This document shows positions 8,973 through 16,730 of a stretch of 32,000 bases of DNA, one piece after another; positions within the stretch are counted from its first letter, which is position 1; each line of letters starts with the position of its first letter. The position numbers and the translations under genes were made by a program. This stretch comes from Candidatus Heimdallarchaeota archaeon (GTDB taxonomy: Archaea; Asgardarchaeota; Heimdallarchaeia; JABLTI01). Where the stretch lies: assembly GCA_030614005.1 (NCBI GenBank), contig JAUWKS010000023.1:1-32000 (forward strand), in the 5' to 3' direction. The notes beneath the pieces were generated by a model. It made no database searches. It saw nothing but the letters and a program-made list of their open reading frames with translations, and was not told the origin of the DNA.

Positions 8973-9608
8973 TTAAGTTTTTCCTTTAAAACATTTCAAA
9001 AATTCATCGCTAAGATTCTCTTTCTTCCCGAAATAAGCAAACATCAGCATCGTATCAATAACATATTTTGCTCCTAAGACATCTGGGGAAGTTAAAAGCT
9101 TCATAATTTCGGGATTAGTGATTTCATTTATTTTTGATATCTCTCTTCGCTTTTCATCTACGAACTCCTCGTATATCTTCTTGAAACATTTTTCATCGTA
9201 TTCTTCGTATCCAAGAATTTCACAGAGAAGGGCACCAATTTGCTTAAAGTAAATATTACTCTTCTTTTCATCTATATCGATGGCAATATAGAAAACTTTT
9301 GCAGTGCGCGAATATAAAGCCAATGTCTTAATGTGACTCTCAGAAAAAGTAATTAAGCGTTTACCAGTTTCCATTACAAGCTCAGCTTTCTTTAATTTGT
9401 TTAAATATCCATAAATGGTTTTATCTGATTTCTCTGATTGAACACTCTTGAAAGCTTGTTTGAGATCTTCAAAAGTCATTGGTCTTTCTAAAAGAAAGGA
9501 AAGCAAAAGTTGACAATTTTTATCATCTGAGAGACACTTTGCACTTTTCTTATCATAGATTGTTTTGACGATTTTCTCTGGATTTATTATTACATCCTGC
9601 GTTTTCAT
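8973..9608 (-). CDS. ArsR-like winged-helix protein, paralog 1
   Basis: FLLERPMTFEDL...KSDKTIYGYLNKLKKAELVMETGKR...LYSRTAKVF. Confidence 0.85.
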   Translation of the reverse strand: MKTQDVIINPEKIVKTIYDKKSAKCLSDDKNCQLLLSFLLERPMTFEDLKQAFKSVQSEKSDKTIYGYLNKLKKAELVMETGKRLITFSESHIKTLALYSRTAKVFYIAIDIDEKKSNIYFKQIGALLCEILGYEEYDEKCFKKIYEEFVDEKRREISKINEITNPEIMKLLTSPDVLGAKYVIDTMLMFAYFGKKENLSDEFLKCFKGKT

Positions 9609-9691
9609 GAGTAGTTCCCGTTAAATTACTGTACTAACTTCTTTTAATGTTTTTCACAAAAAATTAGTAAAATGTCCCAAAATGGAAATAA

Positions 9692-10330
9692 TTACTTGAA
9701 GCATTTGGTAATTTCATTTACTGCTTCAGGTTTCTCATTTAAGAGTATAATCCAACTGACTGTATCCAAAATCGGGTAGAGTTCATAGATATCCATTGTT
9801 TGAATAAGGTTCATTAATTCTGGGTTTTCAGAACTTTGGAAATGATCAGCTATTAAACTATTCTTGGCCTTAGAAATGTTATCAATTTGTTTTTGAATAC
9901 AAGACAAATCAGCGTCTTTTCTTAGTTTCAAACGTTCTTTAAGTAGCATGCTAGTAATTTTTAGAGCTGTTTCTTTTAACTCGGGTTTGCTCTCCATTTT
10001 ACTATGAGGAGTAAAGATTACTTTTGCTACTCGAGAGAACAATGTTTGAGTTTTAATTTGGTCATTATTATCTGTAAAGATTCTTTTCCCTGCTGCTATA
10101 ACTAGACCAGCTTTTTTGAGCTTTTTTAAATAGCGATAGATAGTCTTCCCTGATTTATCGTTCCCTGATTTTTGAAATTCAATTTTAATTTCTTCAACAG
10201 TCAAAGGTTGTTTCACTAAGAAATGTAACAGAAATCTATGATTGTTATAATCTAATACATTTCCAACAGATGTATCTGATAACACCTTTACAAGCTTTTG
10301 TTGATTAGTTATGATATCTTGATGCGTCAT
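9692..10330 (-). CDS. ArsR-like winged-helix protein, paralog 2
   Basis: FLVKQPLTVEEI...KSGKTIYRYLKKLKKAGLVIAAGKR...LFSRVAKVI; clearly homologous to 8973-9608. Confidence 0.85.
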   Translation of the reverse strand: MTHQDIITNQQKLVKVLSDTSVGNVLDYNNHRFLLHFLVKQPLTVEEIKIEFQKSGNDKSGKTIYRYLKKLKKAGLVIAAGKRIFTDNNDQIKTQTLFSRVAKVIFTPHSKMESKPELKETALKITSMLLKERLKLRKDADLSCIQKQIDNISKAKNSLIADHFQSSENPELMNLIQTMDIYELYPILDTVSWIILLNEKPEAVNEITKCFK

Positions 10331-10562
10331 TGCATTCTCTCTTCTATGACACTCTTTATTACATTTTTTTAAGTGTTAATTCTCTTAATAAATCTACTAA
10401 TATATAAAATTAAATGTTTCTATTATATTAAATGCATAAATAAAGGAACATTTCAAGAACTTCTCACTTGATAATATACAAGCTCAAGTCAAAATATAAT
10501 CCAATTTCCTTTTAGATGATTATCTTAGTTATAAATAAGGCAACAAATTGGAGCTCAATAAA

Positions 10563-12224
10563 ATGTCTAACCCAGAAGATAATTTAGAAATTGACAATTC
10601 TAAAGAAAAATCTTCTCAAAACGAAAATAAAGACATTCTCATTTTGGAATCGGAAGAAAAGGGTGTAAGGATTTTTTTTAAAAAAACCTGGTTCTGGCTG
10701 AAAGAAAGTAAACAAAAAACCTTTTCTCTTGTATTTCTCTTGTTATTTATTGCATTTATGATTTTCTTGGGAGTATTCGAAAATGATCCAACTTCATTAA
10801 TGCTCGAGCTAGTTTATTGGTTTCAAGATAAAACAGGAGATATAGGGTTATACATTGGTGTAGGAGTTATCTCAATTTTTGGTAATTTTGTTATGTTTAT
10901 ACCAGTGTTCTATGCAGCTGTTATAATGTTTGTAGCAGTGATACCTGGGATAAATGTTTTTTTCCTTGGAATAGCAGCAGGAATTGGTGCTTCCATAGGA
11001 CAAATAGCTTCCTGGTTTGTAGGGAGAGCTACTCGAGAAGTAGCTGGAGATAAACTAGAAAAACAACTAAGAAAAACGCAAAGATGGGTTGAAAGAGGCT
11101 TGGCTCCAATAATGATTTTTATTTTTGCTGCAACTCCACTTCCGGATGAAGTATTGCTAATAATGATTGGCCTAATTGGTTATTCACTCGGAAAAACATT
11201 GATTTACTGTTTTATTGGAAAAATAGTTTTAACATTGAGTATATCTGTCGTTGCTAATCTTTTTAGTACAACTGCTGTGGGTGAATGGTTTCTTGAAACA
11301 CTTTTCGGTCTCACAAGAACAATGTTAATTGAGCAAGAATTGCCTGCTGGAAATAATATTTGGACGTCTATTGCAATTTGGATTATAGCTGCAACATTGG
11401 TTGTTGCAGTGACATTTGTTGATTGGGTGGATATATATGATAACTTTTTATGTAAAAAAGAGGAGAGACAGCTAAAACAAATTTTTGAAGTAGCTAAAGC
11501 ATCTTATAAATTGGATGATTCAGCAATTGTGCTCAATCACAAAGATAGGGCAATTTCAATACAACTATTAGAAGAACAAAAGCAAGAACATTTCCCGGAA
11601 GAGTCTCTTTGGTTCTTTCAAGAAAAATTATCAAAAAAGAAAGAAGTATTCTTTCGTAAAAGCCTCATAGCAATTGATACTATTGCAAATACAACAGTTG
11701 ATATTATTTTAAATAAAGAATGGTTAGAAAATTTCAGAGCGAATATTCAAGGCTTAAAATTTAAATCTTTGAAAAACAGATCAACGGAGCTCATTAAATT
11801 CCCACAAAAAGTGCTGGATATTGGGTTTATCGTATCAGAAAGTAGATTGATCGAGTTTCAAATTAAATTAAAGCACATTCTCCCTGAAGAAAATATGACA
11901 GATTTGTTGGATAAATCTAATTTTAAGAAACGAGAGAAACGACAATTAATGCGAGCAAAAGTCAATGTAGAAGTCTTAATTGAAACTTTATCTAGCAATG
12001 AAACAAAAGTTTGGGCGATTGGTTTAAAAGAAGGGACCCATATCAATAAAATCTACAAATTTAGAAAAGTAGAATCAATATTCTATTGGTTACAATTATT
12101 AAATTGTTTAAGCGATCAGCCAAGTAAAGTGAAAGGGTTATTAATTTTAAATTTGATTGATACATCAGGTGAAGATATCGAAATTACTACTCCAAAAGAT
12201 ATCTTAAATAATTGTCCGATTTGA
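10563..12224 (+). CDS. DedA/VTT (SNARE-associated) family membrane protein with long soluble C-terminal extension
   Basis: Multiple TM segments, GIGASIGQIASWFVGR, FIFAATPLPDEV and FIGK motifs. ATG 10563 follows GGAG; the track uses TTG 10548. Confidence 0.85.
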   Translation: MSNPEDNLEIDNSKEKSSQNENKDILILESEEKGVRIFFKKTWFWLKESKQKTFSLVFLLLFIAFMIFLGVFENDPTSLMLELVYWFQDKTGDIGLYIGVGVISIFGNFVMFIPVFYAAVIMFVAVIPGINVFFLGIAAGIGASIGQIASWFVGRATREVAGDKLEKQLRKTQRWVERGLAPIMIFIFAATPLPDEVLLIMIGLIGYSLGKTLIYCFIGKIVLTLSISVVANLFSTTAVGEWFLETLFGLTRTMLIEQELPAGNNIWTSIAIWIIAATLVVAVTFVDWVDIYDNFLCKKEERQLKQIFEVAKASYKLDDSAIVLNHKDRAISIQLLEEQKQEHFPEESLWFFQEKLSKKKEVFFRKSLIAIDTIANTTVDIILNKEWLENFRANIQGLKFKSLKNRSTELIKFPQKVLDIGFIVSESRLIEFQIKLKHILPEENMTDLLDKSNFKKREKRQLMRAKVNVEVLIETLSSNETKVWAIGLKEGTHINKIYKFRKVESIFYWLQLLNCLSDQPSKVKGLLILNLIDTSGEDIEITTPKDILNNCPI

Positions 12225-12366
12225 ACTCTTTTTCTGCAACACAGAACATTTGTAAAGAAACCTGAAGAACAGATAAACCAACGATAAAAACAGCAATGAA
12301 AAAAACATTCAGATGAAAAAGGACTTAATATCACTTCAGTCTTTCTCATACTTAAGGGGTCAATAA

Positions 12367-13149
12367 ATGAGTAAAAAAGAAGAACTTGATTATGAAATGC
12401 TAAATATCGAAGGCGTTTATGCTCTATTAGAAAGCAAATTATCTCGAGCGGAAGATCTCTTCAAGAAGGCATGCACTTTGGAGGAGAATTGCTTTGAAAG
12501 CAAGTGTAATCTAGGAAAATTATTTATTATCAAAGAAGATTTTGATGGTGCGATAAAATATTTTAAAGAATCATTAGAAATGAACCCAAAATTCATCGAA
12601 AGTTTACACAATATAGCAGTTGCATATTATAAATCAGGGAAATTAAAAGAGGCAATAAAATTCTACAAAGAAGCGCTCACAGTTGATGAAAATTATTTCC
12701 AAAGTTCATTTAACCTAGGAAACAGCTACTATCAGCTAGCTGATAAAGAAGAAGCAATAAAGTGGTACAAAAAATCTATTCAATCAAACAAAAGTTTTCT
12801 GGATGCACGATTCAATCTTGCAAACACTTACAGAGAAATCAAGCAAATTGATTTGGCAATAAAGACTTATGAAGATATATTAGTCACTTGGCAAAATGAT
12901 GCATCAGTTTTCTATAATTTAGCTTGTACGTATCATTTGCAAGAGAAATTGGATAAAGCAATTGAAAATTATCTCAAAGCTATAGAATTTAAAAAAGATT
13001 ATTTGAAAGCAATTATCAATTTGGGTTTAGCCTATGAGATGAAAGGTGAGCAAAAGAAAGCTTTAGAATATCTTGAAAAAGCATTTGAGATAAATCCAAA
13101 ATTAGATTTTGTTGTTGAAAAAATTAATGCTCTTAAGAAAGGAAAATGA
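12367..13149 (+). CDS. Tetratricopeptide repeat protein
   Basis: About 7 consecutive 34-aa repeats of the pattern NLG..Y...G....AI..Y..AL...P. Confidence 0.93.
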   Translation: MSKKEELDYEMLNIEGVYALLESKLSRAEDLFKKACTLEENCFESKCNLGKLFIIKEDFDGAIKYFKESLEMNPKFIESLHNIAVAYYKSGKLKEAIKFYKEALTVDENYFQSSFNLGNSYYQLADKEEAIKWYKKSIQSNKSFLDARFNLANTYREIKQIDLAIKTYEDILVTWQNDASVFYNLACTYHLQEKLDKAIENYLKAIEFKKDYLKAIINLGLAYEMKGEQKKALEYLEKAFEINPKLDFVVEKINALKKGK

Positions 13150-13289
13150 TTTTAATAAAAAAATTCAAGAAAAAAGAAATTTCTAATTAATAAATTCTAG
13201 AAAAGTGCTCATTTATATCTTTATTAAGAAAATAGTACAGTGTCTATCGACAATAACTACTGTAGCGTAAAAACTACTACTTAGAGACC

Positions 13290-13361
13290 TAGATTTTTTA
13301 GGGGTGCACCATCTCCAAAAATAGAACACCACTCATTTTCGTCTGGCACCCTTAAAATCTA
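13290..13361. repeat. Imperfect inverted repeat (16-bp stem with 2-nt bulge, 38-nt loop)
   Basis: TAGATTTTTTAGGGGTGC (13290-13307) pairs with GCACCCTTAAAATCTA (13346-13361). Confidence 0.6.
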
Positions 13362-13446
13362 CAAATTAAAGGTATCTTTATTCCAAAAGAGTAAAAAGCA
13401 TTCATTTAAACAAAGTAGTGTGAAATAATAAACAGGTTGTTAAGAA

Positions 13447-14115
13447 ATGAAAGTAACATGGTTAGGCCACGCGGGAATTATGATTGAAGATGAAGGAAAG
13501 ACAATTTTAATTGATCCTTGGTTAAATGGTAACCCCGTTGCAACAATGAAAGTGGAAGATATCAAGAAAGCAGATGCTGTTTTTGTTACCCATGATCACG
13601 GAGATCATGGTTACGCGGAAGCTGTAGAGATCTGTAAGAATACAGGTGCTACTTTTGTCAGTATTTTTGAATTAGCAAATAAAGCTCAAAGCGATGGAGT
13701 AAAAAATGTCTTAGGTGGTAATATTGGCGGAACTGCTGAGGTTGCTGGAATAAAATTTGTTTTCACCTTAGCACTCCATAGCTCGAATATCGGTCATCCT
13801 CTCGGTTTTGTAATCATGCTTCCAAGTATGACTGTTTATCACGCTGGAGACACTGGCATCTTTACAGATATGCAATTACTAGGTGAATTATACAATATTG
13901 ATCTTGCCTTCTTACCTATTGGAAGCCTATTCACCATGGGTCCAAAAGAAGCTGCAAAAGCACTACAATTACTTAATGTTCAAAAAGTAGTACCAATTCA
14001 CTACAAAACATTTCCGGTATTAGTTCAAGACCCCAAGGAATTTATTGATATTGCTGGAGATAAAATAGAGGTTCATGTATTAGAGCCTGGCACAGTAAAA
14101 GAAATCGGAAAATAA
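13447..14115 (+). CDS. Metal-dependent hydrolase, metallo-beta-lactamase fold (UPF0173-like)
   Basis: KVTWLGHAG, IDPWLNGNP, THDHGDH, YHAGDT, LPIG and PIHY. Confidence 0.93.
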   Translation: MKVTWLGHAGIMIEDEGKTILIDPWLNGNPVATMKVEDIKKADAVFVTHDHGDHGYAEAVEICKNTGATFVSIFELANKAQSDGVKNVLGGNIGGTAEVAGIKFVFTLALHSSNIGHPLGFVIMLPSMTVYHAGDTGIFTDMQLLGELYNIDLAFLPIGSLFTMGPKEAAKALQLLNVQKVVPIHYKTFPVLVQDPKEFIDIAGDKIEVHVLEPGTVKEIGK

Positions 14116-14240
14116 CCTTTTTTTCCTGTTTCATATTTTTTCTTTTCTATTGTCAAAAGTTGAAGGAATAATTAAAAAGGAGTAAATTTGGTAAAATATA
14201 GTAACGCTGTTAGATTTATTTGTAACTGCGAGGGATTCCA

Positions 14241-15521
14241 ATGAAGTGCGTTTATCATCCAATCGAAGAATCTGAAGAAAGATGTGCTATTTGTAACGTT
14301 CCTATCTGTAAAACTTGTGTAACAGAAGCAGAACTTGAAAATAGTGGTGCATGTCATGCTTGCACTCGACAAGGAAAAATCGGTAAATTTTATCAATACT
14401 TCCGAATAGCTTCTTGTGGGCTCGGAATTGCATGGTTAATTGCCGCAATGTTTATTTTTACCAGTGCGCCTAGCTTTTTTACGAAAATTTCATATGGTAT
14501 TTATGGTCTCTTAGGAGCTTTTGTACTTAATTTCCTCGCTGCTTTTGTTCTTACTCGAATAATGATTTCTGATCTTAAACCACACCAACGAGTTTTTGTT
14601 GGTTTATCTAGATATGCTATTACTGGAAGTAAAACATTCTTCAATCAAGCATTAAAGGCGATGAGTAAAGTTGAAGATATGTCCATATATAAAGATGCAA
14701 TGTTTGATCAAATTGTAACAGTTTTGATTCTTCAACCATATGATTTACCTTATGATTGGGTTGGTTTCTTAGCAACAAATTTCAAAATCACTGAGCAAGA
14801 GTTATTGGATGGTATATTAGAATTCGGAACAGATGTTTTTTATGAGAATATCTTTAATCATTACCATTATCAAGCTATGGAACCCTATATTGAAATTTTG
14901 AATCGCCAAGAAAGAGATGATCTTTACAATAAACTTCTTGATGATATCATTTTACGATTAAAAGATGTTGATTTAAAAGAAATAAACAAACCCCCTGAAT
15001 ATATTCCAGGGCAACCTGGCCAACCTAACACAATGAAAAAACAGGAACCAAAAATCATTCGTCAAAAAGCATTCCTTACACAGCTTACTATGATTGATGA
15101 AGAACTTGGTGAATTTCTCAAGCGAGTTGGTCGTGAAAAAGATCACAAGAAAATTCTCGAATTTACTGAAAATTACGAGTTGCCTGCAGTTCCAAAAAGC
15201 TCATTTGATGCTGTAAAAGCGCTTGCAAGAGGTCAACAACCACAACAAGGTCAACAACAACAAACACAACAAACTCGACAACAAATACCCACTTCTCCTC
15301 GAAGTGATTTAATTGCACCACCACAACAAAATGAAGAAGTAGAACCTGACGATACAGTCCAACTCAGAACCTGTGCAGAGTGTGGGGGATCTTTTCCAAA
15401 GCATGAATTATCTTCGTACACATACGAGAAACTTAAAGTCAAAGTATGTTCAAAATGCAATAAGGCTCTTGAAGCCGATGGCCACCGTGAACCTAAACTA
15501 CTTGCAAAGATGAACAAATAA
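14241..15521 (+). CDS. Membrane protein with N-terminal B-box-like zinc finger, two TM helices, Gln-rich segment and C-terminal zinc ribbon
   Basis: CVYHP...RCAICNVPICKTC...CHAC, two hydrophobic helices, QQPQQGQQQQTQQTRQQ and CAECG...VCSKC. Confidence 0.85.
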   Translation: MKCVYHPIEESEERCAICNVPICKTCVTEAELENSGACHACTRQGKIGKFYQYFRIASCGLGIAWLIAAMFIFTSAPSFFTKISYGIYGLLGAFVLNFLAAFVLTRIMISDLKPHQRVFVGLSRYAITGSKTFFNQALKAMSKVEDMSIYKDAMFDQIVTVLILQPYDLPYDWVGFLATNFKITEQELLDGILEFGTDVFYENIFNHYHYQAMEPYIEILNRQERDDLYNKLLDDIILRLKDVDLKEINKPPEYIPGQPGQPNTMKKQEPKIIRQKAFLTQLTMIDEELGEFLKRVGREKDHKKILEFTENYELPAVPKSSFDAVKALARGQQPQQGQQQQTQQTRQQIPTSPRSDLIAPPQQNEEVEPDDTVQLRTCAECGGSFPKHELSSYTYEKLKVKVCSKCNKALEADGHREPKLLAKMNK

Positions 15522-15643
15522 GGTCTAAATTGGCTTTTTTTGAAAGCAAATTAGCTTTCATTCTTTTCTTCTTTCTATTTATAAAGATAAAAAAATAGAA
15601 ACTCTATTATTTGACTTAATGTTATCATTATTGGGTATAGAAA

Positions 15644-16594
15644 ATGCGTCCTCCTTGTGAAATCGTAACTCAAAATCTTTTACCACTCATTCGTGGAATG
15701 GTTGCTCAAGAATTGATAAATCACATGACTCAGCAAGAAGTTGCTGAAAAAATGGGTGTGAGTCAACCAACAATAAGCAGTTATCTTAAATCCTTGGCTA
15801 CAATTCGTGCAGAAGGTGAGGAGGAATATCTCGAAAGTAATACTGTTAAGACTTTAGTAAATGATATTGTTGCTAGCACTATCAAAAATGCTTCTCCCGA
15901 AGAAATCATTAGAATGATCTGTTCTAGTTGTGTTAATCTTCGAATAAGTGGTTTAACCTGCAGAAAACATGTAAAAAGTTACCCAGGATTAACTGCTGGA
16001 TGCCAGGGATGTTTACCAATAACAGATGAAGTTTTAATCGAAAGTAGAAAGAAAGTTATTACAGAATTATTAGAAGCATTATCTTCGATGGAGCGAAAGG
16101 AGGATTTTGTAAAGATAATGCCTGAAGTATTGCTCAACATATGCAAATGCTTAACTGAACCAAAAACTATTGATGACATTGCTGCGTTTCCTGGAAGAAT
16201 AACTAAAATTCGAGGGAAAGCTCGTGCACTTCTTCCACCTGAATTTGGTGCATCAAAACACATAGCCCAAATACTGTTGACAATAAATGCTTGTTCTCCG
16301 TCTTTCAATAGTACAATTAACATAGTAAATAACAATAAAGTTCTTCGGATAATGGAGAATTTAGCTATAAAATATTATACTTTTCCAAATAGCGAATTTG
16401 TTAAATTATTCAAGGAGAAAAAGACGAAAAAAGCACAAGCAATATTATCAGAATTAATTGAGCCAGTGAAAGTAGGGGGAATCTTTGCAATTCTAAATTC
16501 AGGAGGTATTGGAATTGAACCGATTACCTATCTTTTTAGTAATTCTTTGCAAACCCTCATAGAAACTACATTCAAAATAGCAGATCGTCTGTAA
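15644..16594 (+). CDS. thiR: ThiR-like regulator: HTH + Cys-rich linker + ThiN (thiamine-phosphate synthase-like) domain
   Basis: HTH: MRPPCE...MTQQEVAEKMGVSQPTISSYL. ThiN: MPEVLLNI...DDIAAFPGRIT...PEFGASKHIA...GGIGIEP. Confidence 0.8.
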   Translation: MRPPCEIVTQNLLPLIRGMVAQELINHMTQQEVAEKMGVSQPTISSYLKSLATIRAEGEEEYLESNTVKTLVNDIVASTIKNASPEEIIRMICSSCVNLRISGLTCRKHVKSYPGLTAGCQGCLPITDEVLIESRKKVITELLEALSSMERKEDFVKIMPEVLLNICKCLTEPKTIDDIAAFPGRITKIRGKARALLPPEFGASKHIAQILLTINACSPSFNSTINIVNNNKVLRIMENLAIKYYTFPNSEFVKLFKEKKTKKAQAILSELIEPVKVGGIFAILNSGGIGIEPITYLFSNSLQTLIETTFKIADRL

Positions 16595-16730
16595 TTTAAG
16601 AATAAGTATTGAAGAAACCTTTTTTTAGAAAGACCTTCTAATCTTTTTTTAGTCTTGGATTTAGAAAAAATAAAAATGACTCTTTTCTAAATTCAATGTT
16701 TAGTAAAAATAGATTACGCGAGTGTAGACT

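Noticed and set aside
13147-13361. Selenocysteine read-through of the TPR TGA with a downstream SECIS
   Set aside because: TGA is followed by TTT TAA, so there is no extension, and I recognised no SECIS core.
15233-15295. CAA-rich tract as a repeat array or CRISPR
   Set aside because: It is an in-frame Gln-coding low-complexity segment with no repeat-spacer structure.
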